DNA of 64,000 bases. Source: an uncultured Chloroflexia bacterium (GTDB taxonomy: Bacteria > Chloroflexota > Anaerolineae > B4-G1 > SLSP01). Position numbers and translations under genes: made by a program. Under the pieces are notes generated by a model that was not told the origin of the DNA, did no database searches, and was given only the letters and a program-made list of their open reading frames with translations. Positions 10,832-20,939 of the stretch are shown piece by piece (position 1 is the stretch's first letter; each line of letters opens with the position of its first letter). Where the stretch lies: contig CAVVUS010000030.1 in the NCBI GenBank assembly GCA_963751345.1, forward strand, positions 224,001 through 288,000, in the 5' to 3' direction.

Positions 10832-12199
10832 TCACGAATAGGGTACCGTCAAATCAAAGGTCACGCCCGCGCCGGGCGCGCTCTCGATACGCAGTGTCGC
10901 GTCGAGGAACCGGGTACGCTCGCGGATGTTTCGCAGCCCATACCCCTTGCTGACCAGAAGCTCCTCCATTCCAATGCCATCGTCGGAGATCACCAAACTG
11001 AAGCTCTCTTCACCGTACGCCAGCCGCACCCGAACCCAGCGTGCTTGCGCGTGCTTCGCCGTATTGGCCAGCGCCTCGCGCACGATCTGGAAGATGTGCC
11101 GGCGCCGCGCCATCGAGTAGATGGGTCTGGGTTCGCCGACAATCTCGAACTCGGTCTCCAGCAGGCTATTGACGTGGAAGTCGCGCAGCAGATGCTCGAT
11201 CCCCGCCTGCAGGTCCTCGTCCGACAACTCGCTGCGCAGGTCGAAGATATAGCGCCGGATATCGAGGATCGTGTTGTTGAGGTCATCCATCACCCGGCCG
11301 AGCTGCGACTGCGCGCGCTCCGGGTCGCGCGGGATGATGGGTACGACGCTCTCCAACAGCAGCCCCGCCCCATAGATCGACTGGATGATCCCATCGTGAA
11401 GCTCGCGTCCGATGCGCTCGCGATCCTCGGCCAAAGTCTGCATGCGTTCGACATCCTCGACCCAGAGCTCGATCTCGCGCTGGATCGTGGTCAGCGACCG
11501 CCCAAGCCCGTACGTGATCCCGGCCCCGACGACGGCCCAGATCCAGCCGGCCATGATCGATTCGATGAGCTGGGCGTCGAAGCGCGACGCCAGAAACGTC
11601 TGGATGCCGGGGACCGCCAGCAGGTTGAGACACCCAAACGCCACCATCATGATCTCGATGAGCCGCAGGTCGGGGCGGATGCGAATGCGGAGAGAGGGAT
11701 CGAGCGATTGATAGCTCTCTCGGCGAAGTCCTATCGCCGTCAACACCCCGCCGGGAAAGGCCAGAGCATACCTCAAGGCCACGATGGTCGGAGCGGTCAG
11801 CTCTTCCCACGCCCACCCTACCGCCCAGAGCGCCAACAGATAGGGACCGAGCCAGAGTCCGCAGATGGTGAGGAAGAGGCCGATGGCGCGCCGGCGGTAC
11901 GTTTCCTCCGTCATGAAAGACTGGATCCCGAAGATCAAGAGCGACGTATAGGCGAGCGCCAGCACCAACAGCGAGACGCGATCTGGCACCGCGTGCCCGC
12001 CCGGAAGGATCCCCGTGAAGAGCTCGTACCAGGCATAAAGCGCCTCGCCGATGGCAAACGCCCCCAGCCAGGCCAGGTTGCGGGCCAGCGAGATGCGACG
12101 GCTCCGGTAGTGCAGGAAGATCACGGTCAGGCCCAGGGTGAAAAACACCAGGCCATGGCAGAAGCGCCCTAACACAGACCAGATCGTCATCATTCCCAT
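10832..12199 (-). CDS. Multi-TM sensor histidine kinase (HisKA_3)
   Basis: About 6 TM segments, [36 protein letters not shown]. Confidence 0.92.
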   Translation of the reverse strand: MGMMTIWSVLGRFCHGLVFFTLGLTVIFLHYRSRRISLARNLAWLGAFAIGEALYAWYELFTGILPGGHAVPDRVSLLVLALAYTSLLIFGIQSFMTEETYRRRAIGLFLTICGLWLGPYLLALWAVGWAWEELTAPTIVALRYALAFPGGVLTAIGLRRESYQSLDPSLRIRIRPDLRLIEIMMVAFGCLNLLAVPGIQTFLASRFDAQLIESIMAGWIWAVVGAGITYGLGRSLTTIQREIELWVEDVERMQTLAEDRERIGRELHDGIIQSIYGAGLLLESVVPIIPRDPERAQSQLGRVMDDLNNTILDIRRYIFDLRSELSDEDLQAGIEHLLRDFHVNSLLETEFEIVGEPRPIYSMARRRHIFQIVREALANTAKHAQARWVRVRLAYGEESFSLVISDDGIGMEELLVSKGYGLRNIRERTRFLDATLRIESAPGAGVTFDLTVPYS

Positions 12200-12474
12200 C
12201 AGAAGACTTTCAACTCACGTGTCCCTCGACCATCGGCGCCCCGACCGCAGTCCCACCGTTGCCGGCGACCCCTGACAGGAGTCTAGCACGATGTGACCCT
12301 TGCCGCCAGAGGAGGCTGATGGCAGTAAGGCGAGGAGCGGCGCGAACGTCATCTGTGACGAGATGGCGTCCGCGAGAGCCTGGGCGTCTTCCGCAAGCGC
12401 GTCCCCGGCATCTGTCCCAGGCGCGCGATGCGGACAACTCACGCACACCCGGTCGGAAATCCGACGCTGCAGCC

Positions 12475-12518
12475 TTGATTGGCCGCGTTTTCGGCCTGTA
12501 TAATAGAACAAAAGATCT
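12475..12518 (+). promoter_or_regulatory. Sigma70 promoter with LexA-like operator (copy A)
   Basis: TTGATT-N18-TATAAT followed by GAAC-AAAA-GATC. Confidence 0.7.
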
Positions 12519-12673
12519 AATAACCACCCAGGAGGCCTTCTATGGCCGGTATCAAACACGTGACCGAAAAACAGCCCGCCACCCACGTCCGCTCCCGCGG
12601 CCGGCAAGACGCGCTTCCCATAGCCCTCCATTCTTCATTCTTCCATTCTATCATTCTTATCTTCTCCCCCTCC

Positions 12674-12855
12674 ATTACGAAACGAACCCATTTTCGGGCA
12701 CCCCTGAAAATGGCCGATGGCACCTATATGTACGGCCTTTCTCCTACCCCTCCAGTACGAAACGAACCCATTTTCGGGCACCCCTGAAAATGGCCGATGA
12801 CGCCGAGACGCATGACCTTTCCCTTGCCGCCTATTTTGCGAAACGAACCCATTTT
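12674..12855 (+). repeat. 3 x ~21-nt direct-repeat array (copy A)
   Basis: CGAAACGAACCCATTTTC core in repeats starting at 12674, 12754 and 12835; periods 80 and 81. Confidence 0.92.
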
Positions 12856-12947
12856 CAGGGGCGTGGACTTACACCCAGAATGAAGCACCCTCCCTGGGGA
12901 TGCACGTCACCTTGATTGATCGACCGCCGGGGCTATACTTGGTGGCT

Positions 12948-14269
12948 ATGGATTTGTTTGAATTCAGTCGGCAGGACCAGATTCAGCGAGAGGCACCGCT
13001 GGCTGCCCGGATGCGGCCACGCACACTCGACGAGTTCGTGGGGCAGGAGCAGATCATCGGGCCGGGGAAGCTGCTGCGCCGCGCGATCGAGGCCGACCGG
13101 CTCTTCACGTCGATCCTCTTCTGGGGCCCGCCGGGCGTCGGCAAGACGACGCTGGCGGCCGTCATCGCCAACACCACCCAGTCGCACTTCGAGACGCTCA
13201 ACGCCGTGCTCGCCGGCATCGCCGACCTGCGCAAGCTGGTGGATGCCGCCAGCGAGCGCCGCGCGATGTACGGCACCCGCACGCTGCTGATGGTCGACGA
13301 GATCCACCGGTGGAACAAGGCCCAGCAGGATGGCCTGCTGCCGGTGGTGGAGGACGGTACCATCACCCTGATCGGCGCAACGACGGAGAACCCCTACTTC
13401 TCCATCATCTCCCCGCTGCTCAGCCGCTCGCGCATCTTTCGCTTCATCGCCCTTACGGTCGAGGAGATCGAGGACCTGGTATTGCGGGCGCTGAAGGACA
13501 AGGAGCGTGGGTATGGCAGGCGCGAGATCGTCCTGGATGACGACGCGCTCCGACACCTGGCGGCTTTCGCCGACGGCGATGTGCGCAGCGCGCTCAACGC
13601 GCTGGAGCTGGCGGTGGAATCCACAACTCGCGAGATGAGCAGGGCGTCATCCACATCACGCTGGACGTGGCCGAGGAGTCGATCCAGCGGCGGGCGATGC
13701 AATACGACAGGGCCGGCGACGAACACTACAACACCGCCAGCGCCTTCATCAAGTCGATCCGCGGCTCCGATCCGGATGCTGCCCTCTACTACCTGGCCAA
13801 GATGGTCCTGGCGGGCGAGGATCCCCGCTTCATCTTCCGGCGGCTGCTCATCTCCTCAGCCGAGGACATCGGCCTGGCCTCGCCGATGGCGATCTCGGTC
13901 GTGATGGCGTGTGCGCAGGCGTTTGAGTGGGTCGGCATGCCTGAGGGGCAATACCACCTGGCCGAGGCCACGCTCTATCTTGCCACGGCCCCCAAATCGA
14001 ACAGTGCAGGTGCCTACTTCAAGGCACGAGCGTACCTCGAGGAGCACGGCTACCTCCCCCCGCCGATCTATATCCGCGACGAGCACACGTTGCTGCGTGA
14101 GGAACAGGGAAAGGCCCCCGGCTACAAGTATCCCCACGATTACCCCGGCGGATGGGTCAGCCAGCGGTATCTTCCCGAGGGTGTGGAAGGGGGATGGTAT
14201 CAACCCAAGGACATCGGCTACGAGGAACGCATCGCGGAGTTCATACGGAAACTCCGGGAGAAGCAGTAA
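12948..14269 (+). CDS. rarA: Replication-associated recombination protein A (MgsA), frameshift near 13630
   Basis: APLAARMRP...GQEQI, GPPGVGKTT, DEIHRWNKAQQD, SAFIKSIRGSDPDAALYY, YKYPHDYP. Confidence 0.95.
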
Positions 14270-14356
14270 CCGGCGAGTCGGACGGAACTGGATAGGTCAA
14301 CCGGCAAACCCGTGGTATCATGACGGAGGAGAGATATAAGCTGGAGTGATACAACT

Positions 14357-14866
14357 ATGAGCGATCCTATTTCAAACAGGGCGGCATGGATCCTTGGCGA
14401 ATCCGAGCACGTCTTGGTGCCACTTGACGAACTTTACGACCGGTTGGCCCGCGAGGGTCTGATGGTCTGGATGACGCCTGATCTCCTCGAGCAGCTCCTG
14501 ATGTCTGACGAGCGGTTCGAGGTCTATGAGGGACTGGCGGATTCGGACCTTTTTAATCCGATGGTCCAGTCCGAGTTGCAGACACGCGGGCTGCTGGCCG
14601 GCCCCCTGATCATGCTTCGGGAACGAGCATCCTCCACCCAGGAGGTGATGCTGGACATGCTGCTCCATCTCCAGGAGATGAACACGGCGTTGGAGACGGC
14701 GTGGCAGCTCCGCCCCGAGGGCAACCCCGAGGTCGAGGCCGAGCTGCTGAACCTATTGATGATGGGAGATATGCTGGAGCGTGAGATCAAGCGAGCGCTT
14801 GATACCGGCAGCATGATCATTGAGCTGGATCCGGGCGATGATACCAAGGATCTGGGAACGGGCTAG
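14357..14866 (+). CDS. Acidic hypothetical protein
   Basis: 169-aa ORF with GGAG RBS and coding-like composition. Confidence 0.7.
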   Translation: MSDPISNRAAWILGESEHVLVPLDELYDRLAREGLMVWMTPDLLEQLLMSDERFEVYEGLADSDLFNPMVQSELQTRGLLAGPLIMLRERASSTQEVMLDMLLHLQEMNTALETAWQLRPEGNPEVEAELLNLLMMGDMLEREIKRALDTGSMIIELDPGDDTKDLGTG

Positions 14867-14906
14867 TTTTCGGAGCAGATTCGAGGACGGCATCTATGAC
14901 GGGGAG

Positions 14907-15702
14907 GTGAATCCACCTCCCCGTCGTCTTACGTGGCGACGTGCGCAAGCATTAGCCCTCACCGTGATCCTGATGGCTCTGGTGGGATGCGGCGGCCCCG
15001 CCGGCAGCCTGGACGATATCCGGTCGACCGGTGTCCTCCGTGTGGCCACCGATCCATCGTTTCCCCCCTTTGAGGCCGTCGATGGCAATGGACAGATTGT
15101 GGGCCTCGATGCCGACCTCGCCCGCGAGATCGCCCGCCGGATGGGCGTCGAGGCACATCTGGTGACCACAGGCTACGATGCGCTCTACGACGCGCTGACG
15201 GTGAACCAGGCCGACGTCATCATCTCGGCGCTCTACCCGGATCCGACCCGCAGCGCCGGCTTCGCGTTCAGCCACCCCTACTTCGACGCAGGCCAGGTGT
15301 TGGTGACCGCCGAAGGTAGTGACATTTCGGCACCCGCCGATCTGGCGGGGCGTTCTGTAGCCTGCGTCTTCGGCACCGAGGGCCATATGCAGGCGCTGCG
15401 GTGGGAGCAATCCCTCGATCCGCCCCCCACCATTCTCACGGCCGACGATTGGACCGGAGCAGTGACGTACCTACGAGAAGGCAGAGCCGACGCCGTCGTC
15501 ATAGATCGGGTATCCGCCCAGATCGCCACTCAACACGGAGGGTGGGCTGGCGATGGTCGGCCCACCGATCGTCGCGGAGCCCTACGTGATCGCCGCACGG
15601 CACGAGGATGCGGATCTGATCGATGCCATCAACGGCATCCTTCAAGACATGGAGACCGATGGCGAGCTGGAGGCGCTCGTCGATTCTTGGATGCAGCCTT
15701 AG
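14907..15702 (+). CDS. Amino-acid ABC transporter substrate-binding lipoprotein, frameshift near 15540
   Basis: Lipobox LVGC, LRVATDPSFPPFE, GLDADLA, FSHPYF. Confidence 0.85.
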
Positions 15703-15773
15703 CCGAGACTGCCTCTTTGACAAACCGGGGCAACCCCAATACCATTCAGGCGACACGATAGAGAAGGAGTGAC

Positions 15774-16400
15774 ATGGCAGAAGTACACATTTCCCAACAC
15801 CCGCTGGTCAAGCACAAGCTGACGCTGCTCCGCGACAAGAACACAGAGCCCAAGAAGTTCCGCGAACTGATCCGCGAGATCACGCTTCTCATCGCTTACG
15901 AGGCATTGAAGGATCTGGAGATCTGTGAAAAAGAGGTCGAAACCCCGCTCGTGAAGACGCAGGGGTACAAGATCTCCGAACCCATCGGCCTGATCCCCAT
16001 CCTGCGTTCCGGCCTGGGCATGGTCGAGGGCATTTGGGAGATGATCCCCTCGGCCGAGGTCTGGCACATCGGCCTCTTCAGGGACGAGCAGACGCTCCGG
16101 CCCGTTGCCTACTACAACCGGCTGCCCATTCATCCCACCGTTTCGGTCTGCCTGATCCTCGATCCTATGCTCGCCACCGGCGGATCGGCCGTCAAGACGG
16201 TCGAGATCCTCAAGAACTGGGGGGCGAGGCGGATCAAGTTCCTCGGGCTGATCGCGGCGCCGGAGGGCGTGGAAGCCCTGACGACCATGCATCCCGACGT
16301 GGACATCTACCTCGCGGCACTGGACAGCCACCTCAACGAGCACGCCTACATCGTTCCGGGGTTGGGCGACGCCGGTGACCGGCAGTTCGGCACTGCTTAA
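15774..16400 (+). CDS. upp: Uracil phosphoribosyltransferase
   Basis: [39 protein letters not shown]. Confidence 0.97.
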   Translation: MAEVHISQHPLVKHKLTLLRDKNTEPKKFRELIREITLLIAYEALKDLEICEKEVETPLVKTQGYKISEPIGLIPILRSGLGMVEGIWEMIPSAEVWHIGLFRDEQTLRPVAYYNRLPIHPTVSVCLILDPMLATGGSAVKTVEILKNWGARRIKFLGLIAAPEGVEALTTMHPDVDIYLAALDSHLNEHAYIVPGLGDAGDRQFGTA

Positions 16401-16415
16401 GGACAACACGCCAAC

Positions 16416-17455
16416 TTGACCTATGGGCTTGAATACGCGCTGATCCTGCTGGCCGGCGGTGTCATTGCCCTCGTCGTAACCCCCCTTATGGGGAAGTTGG
16501 GCCTCCGCCTCAATATCGTGGCCGCGCCCGGGGGGCGGCGACGGCACCATGGCGTGATCTCGCGGCTGGGAGGCGTGGGGCTGGTCCTCGGCTTCTTCGG
16601 GGCTATAGCGCTCTCCCGCATCCTTCCGATCCCTACCGCCGACCCCAACGAGACCCGCCGCTTCTGGGGCCTGATCGTAGGGGGAGCGCTCATGTTCCTG
16701 CTCGGCCTCATTGACGACCGCTACGAGCTTCCGCCGGGCGCCGAATACGTCGGTTACTTGTTGGCCGCTGTCGTCGCCACGGCTAGCCTCATCTTCCTGG
16801 AGCGCTTCAATAACCCGCTGACGGATCGCATGATTGTCCTGCCGCGCTTCGTCTATATCCCGCTCACCTTATTCTGGATGACCGGGCATGATCAGTAACC
16901 GTCAACTGGCTGGACGGGCTGGATGGACTCGCGGCCGGCGTCGCGGCGATCCTCGCCCTGATCCTGAGCATCCATATGTTCCGCAGCGGGCAGCACAGCG
17001 TGGTCCCCCAGGCCCTAGCGCTTCTCGGCGCATCGGTGGGCTTCCTGGTCTACAACGTCTCTCCGGCGCGGGTCTTCCTGGGAAGCAACGGATCCTTCTT
17101 CCTCGGCTATGTGATGGGTGCCCTGGGGCTGATCGCCGGCGGGCGTGTGGCGACCGTGCTCCTCGTCATGGGCATTCCCATCGTGGACGTCGCCTGGACC
17201 ATCCTGGATCGCTGGCGTCACGGGGTCAGCCCGTTCCACGGGGACCGGCGTCATTTGCACTTCCGCCTCCAGGACGCCGGCATCTCCACCCGGACGATCG
17301 TCTTCATCTACTGGGCCTTCTGCGCGATTGCAGGGGTGTTGGCGCTCGTGCTTGCGTCGCGCCTCTACAAGCTGCTGGCCCTGGGACTCCTGGGCGGCCT
17401 GACCACCCTCCTGCTGCTCTATCTCAGTCGCAACGCACGTAGAGGATTACCCTAA
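16416..17455 (+). CDS. MraY-family (TagO/WecA) polyprenyl-phosphate GlcNAc-1-phosphate transferase, frameshift near 16895
   Basis: RLGGV, GLIDDR, NWLDGLDGLA, PARVFLG, DRRHLH. Confidence 0.9.
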
Positions 17456-17475
17456 CCCTAAGGAAGGACCGAGGA

Positions 17476-18375
17476 GTGCTCATGGAACTCGATCTGCACG
17501 GCATTTTCGTCCCGCTTGCAACACCCTTTAGCGCCGATGGCACCGTTAACGAAGAGGAGCTGCGCCGTTTGGTGCGCTTTATGGCCCCTCACGTCAACGG
17601 CTTTGTGGCGAATGGAACGACCGCGGACTTCCCGCTGCTCTCGTACGAGGAGCGGGGCCGCATCCTGGACATTGTGCTGGAGGAAACCGGCGGCGGGCGC
17701 CTGGTCATCGGCGGCGTGGGCGCGGTCGCGACCTCAGACGCGGTCGACCTGGCCTTGACCGTCCGGCGGGCGGGTGCTGACGCCGCCCTGGTGGTGAAAC
17801 CCTACTACGTGCGCCCGACCCCGGCGGGGCTCCGCGACCACTTCCTCACCGTGGCTCAGAAGGTCGAGGGGTTCCCCGTCCTTCTCTACAACTTCCCAAA
17901 GCTGATGGGACAGGAAATCCCCGTCGAGGTCGTTCGCGAGCTGACAAGTGTCGCGCCTAACGTGCTGGGGATGAAGGACTCCTCGGGCCAACTGCCCTAC
18001 ACGCTGGCCGTGATCGAGGCCACACCCGCGACCTTCAACGTGTTGGTGGGCCACGGCGCCTTGCTGCTGCCCGCGATTGCGATGGGCGCACCGGGCGCGA
18101 TCCTGGCGGCGGCCAACCTCGTGCCCCAAGCCTACAGGGCGATGTACGATGCCGCTCTGGCTAACGAATGGGAAGCGGCGCGGGCGCTCCAAAGTCGGAT
18201 CTATCCTATCGCGGCCCTGGTCTCCAGCTATGGCAGCCTGACCGTGCGCGCGGGGCTGAATTACCTGGGTTTCGCTATGGGGGCGCCACGACTACCGCTC
18301 TCCGGCGAGGGCACGCTCACCGAGGAAGAGCTGCGGAGACTGCATCGTAGCCTTGAGGACCTCAAGGATGTCTGA
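17476..18375 (+). CDS. DHDPS/DapA-family aldolase
   Basis: GIFVPLATPF, NGTT, LYNFP, GMKDSSG. Confidence 0.88.
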   Translation: MLMELDLHGIFVPLATPFSADGTVNEEELRRLVRFMAPHVNGFVANGTTADFPLLSYEERGRILDIVLEETGGGRLVIGGVGAVATSDAVDLALTVRRAGADAALVVKPYYVRPTPAGLRDHFLTVAQKVEGFPVLLYNFPKLMGQEIPVEVVRELTSVAPNVLGMKDSSGQLPYTLAVIEATPATFNVLVGHGALLLPAIAMGAPGAILAAANLVPQAYRAMYDAALANEWEAARALQSRIYPIAALVSSYGSLTVRAGLNYLGFAMGAPRLPLSGEGTLTEEELRRLHRSLEDLKDV

Positions 18376-20212
18376 CCGGGGCACGCCGAAAGCGCTTTGG
18401 CGCATTTGGCCCTGCCTTGTGCTTGTCGTGGGCTCGCTGCTCTCCTGCTCGCGCACCACAGCCACCGCACCACCCCCAACCACCGAGCCGCCGACACCGC
18501 GTCCAACGCCGACCCTAGCCGCCGAACCGACGCCCAGGGCGCAGCGGCTCATCCTGTGCACGCTGGAGCCGCAGGCCATCAGTCCCTTTGTGACCGACCC
18601 GTCGGCGGATGACATCCTGAGTCTCTATGATGAGCCCCCCATCGAGCGCGTCGGCTACGGATGGGAGGCCCGCCTCGTCGAGCGCGTGCCCTCTCTGTCG
18701 ACGGGGGACGTCATCACGCGCTCCGTTCCGGTTAGCACCGGCATGCGCTATGCCGATCCATTGGGATTTGTTCGCCAGTTCACCGACACCACAGCGGCGG
18801 AGCTGCCCCAACTCGTGGTGACGTTCACGCTCAAGCCGGATCTCCTGTGGTCAGACGGCCAGCCGATCACATCCAGAGACGCGATCCTCGGCTACCACTT
18901 GGCCCAACTCCCGGAGGCCGAGGGGCAATGGCACGACCTCGTGGAGCGCACGGCGAGCTTCGTCGCGGTCGATGAGCTGACCCTGCGTTGGGAAGGAATA
19001 CCGGGTTATCTGAGCGCCGATTTTCCGGGGTTCATGTTCCCACTTCAGCCCGCCCATCGATGGCAAGGGCAGACACTCGAAAGTATCTTGAGCGATCGCA
19101 CCCCACCGGCGACAGGTGCCTTCAGGATCACGGCGTGGGAATCGGGGCGGGAAGTCCGGCTGGCACCTAACGACAACTACGCCGGTCCCGCACCCAAGCT
19201 CGAGGAGGTGATCGTCCGTTTTCCCCAGGTTGATCCGCAGAGCTGGACCAGCCTAGTGGCCGACGGAACGTGCGACGTGATCCCGCCCTACCCTATCGCC
19301 CAGACCTCCTGGCAGCAATGGGCCAATCTCGGTATCGCCGGACAGGCCATCGTATGGGCCGATGTGGCCCCAACGGTGCTGCGGCTCGACCTCAACACCG
19401 ATCCTGTCCAGGACCCGACCCACGCGACCCCTCTGCAGGACCCGCGGCTGCGTACGGCGCTGTCGGGCTGCATCAGCCGCAAGCAGTTGACCCAGGCCCT
19501 GCCGTCAGAGGCGTTGGCGGAGGCAACCGGCTTTATCCCCCCAAACCACCCGGCCTATGTGGAGACCGAACCGGCGGCGTATAACCCGGAGGCCAGTGGA
19601 AGGGCTCTTGACGCGATAGGATGGCAAGACGAGAACGGGGACGGCGTGCGAGAGGCGCATAACGTGCCGGGAATCGCCGATGGAGAGCCCCTGAGCCTGA
19701 CGCTCTCTTTCGCCTCCCAGTACTTTGTCATCGCGGCGCATCTGGCCGCCAATCTGGAGACGTGCGGTGTGGGCGTCAACTCGCAGCCGACTGATGCCCG
19801 CCAGCTCTACTCACCCGGCCCCGAAAGCCCCCTCTTCGGGCGCACCTTCGATATGGCACTTCTCGGATGGCAGGTGGGGGTGCCGCAGATCTGCGGTGCC
19901 TGGCTGAGTCAGCGCATCCCGGGGGAGGCCAACGACTGGAGCGGCGAGAATTTCAGCGGCTACACCTCGGAGGACTACGATGCCGCCTGCAGGCAAGCGC
20001 TCTCCGCCATTGACGTCGAACAACAGTATACCGCGATAGACGAGGCCCAGCGTCTCCTCAACGAGACGATGCCGACGCTCTTCCTGGCCTGGCGCCCTTT
20101 CTGGTTCGCGACGCGGCCCGATGTGCTGGGCATCCGCCCGGACGTCTCGGCGACGGGCACGCTCTGGAACATCGAGGAGATCTCTATCGAGGAGGGCACG
20201 CCCCAGGGCTAG
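18368..20212 (+). CDS. Peptide ABC transporter substrate-binding lipoprotein (family 5)
   Basis: Lipobox LLSC, Pro/Thr linker, TFTLKPDLLWSDGQP, TGAFRI. Confidence 0.85.
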   Translation: MSDRGTPKALWRIWPCLVLVVGSLLSCSRTTATAPPPTTEPPTPRPTPTLAAEPTPRAQRLILCTLEPQAISPFVTDPSADDILSLYDEPPIERVGYGWEARLVERVPSLSTGDVITRSVPVSTGMRYADPLGFVRQFTDTTAAELPQLVVTFTLKPDLLWSDGQPITSRDAILGYHLAQLPEAEGQWHDLVERTASFVAVDELTLRWEGIPGYLSADFPGFMFPLQPAHRWQGQTLESILSDRTPPATGAFRITAWESGREVRLAPNDNYAGPAPKLEEVIVRFPQVDPQSWTSLVADGTCDVIPPYPIAQTSWQQWANLGIAGQAIVWADVAPTVLRLDLNTDPVQDPTHATPLQDPRLRTALSGCISRKQLTQALPSEALAEATGFIPPNHPAYVETEPAAYNPEASGRALDAIGWQDENGDGVREAHNVPGIADGEPLSLTLSFASQYFVIAAHLAANLETCGVGVNSQPTDARQLYSPGPESPLFGRTFDMALLGWQVGVPQICGAWLSQRIPGEANDWSGENFSGYTSEDYDAACRQALSAIDVEQQYTAIDEAQRLLNETMPTLFLAWRPFWFATRPDVLGIRPDVSATGTLWNIEEISIEEGTPQG

Positions 20213-20477
20213 GCGGTTCCGCCTGTTCGAGCTCAGAGAGCCAGTCGGCCAGCACGACTTCGTAAGCAGCGATCGTCGCTGCCTGCGTGGCATCGAAGAG
20301 CGCGCCGCGTCCGAGCCAGTCATTGCCCTGGTGGACGTAGGCGTCCCTGAGAAATCCCCTGATGTCGTCGACCGTGAAGTCGGGATCAGTCCGCCTTCGC
20401 TCCATGAGCTGACTGTGAAGCGCCTCGAAGACCTCTTGGTAACGACGCGACATAACGTCCTCTGAACTAACGATCAT
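20184..20477 (-). CDS. Small hypothetical protein
   Basis: 97-aa ORF overlapping the stop of the thioesterase gene. Confidence 0.6.
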   Translation of the reverse strand: MIVSSEDVMSRRYQEVFEALHSQLMERRRTDPDFTVDDIRGFLRDAYVHQGNDWLGRGALFDATQAATIAAYEVVLADWLSELEQAEPPSPGACPPR

Positions 20478-20899
20478 CGTGCCGCCTGCCCGCCTTCTCC
20501 GTCACGTACCTGTCCTGCTTTCTCCGTCACGCGTGCCATGAAGCGCGCCTGGTCGATGATGAACCGCTCGTGCTCGGCATCCCCGACTTTCTCCACCTCA
20601 TCCCAGGCCTCGACGTGGAAGCGCAAGCGCCGCCCATCGACCGCCAGCAATTCAGCGCGCACGCGGACCTGCATCCCAACCGGCGTCGCCGCCAGATGTC
20701 GCATGTCCACCCGGGTCCCGACTGCCGTCTGCCCTTCCCCAAGATAGGGCTCAATCACAGCCTGGGCCGCCCCTTCCATCAGCGCGATGAGGTGCGGCGT
20801 GCTCAACACCGGCACGAAGCCGCTGCCATAGGCGGCAGCCGTTTCGCCCTCTGTAACTACGTGCGTGATCTCGGCTGTCAAACCGACCTTGATCTCCAT
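20474..20899 (-). CDS. FlK-like hotdog thioesterase
   Basis: VLSTPHLIALME, TAVGTRVDMRHLAATPVG, HERFII. Confidence 0.9.
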   Translation of the reverse strand: MEIKVGLTAEITHVVTEGETAAAYGSGFVPVLSTPHLIALMEGAAQAVIEPYLGEGQTAVGTRVDMRHLAATPVGMQVRVRAELLAVDGRRLRFHVEAWDEVEKVGDAEHERFIIDQARFMARVTEKAGQVRDGEGGQAAR

Positions 20900-20939
20900 C
20901 GTCATCTCCTGCTCGAGCGTCGGGGCGAATGGCCCCACG

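Noticed and set aside
12674-12855. Canonical CRISPR array
   Set aside because: The core repeat is only ~21 nt, spacers are 50-60 nt and partly duplicated or low-complexity, and there are no cas genes. Kept as a non-CRISPR array finding.
13600-13680. Programmed frameshifting in rarA, grpE and others
   Set aside because: No slippery sequences or stimulatory structures seen; the high background indel rate explains the breaks.
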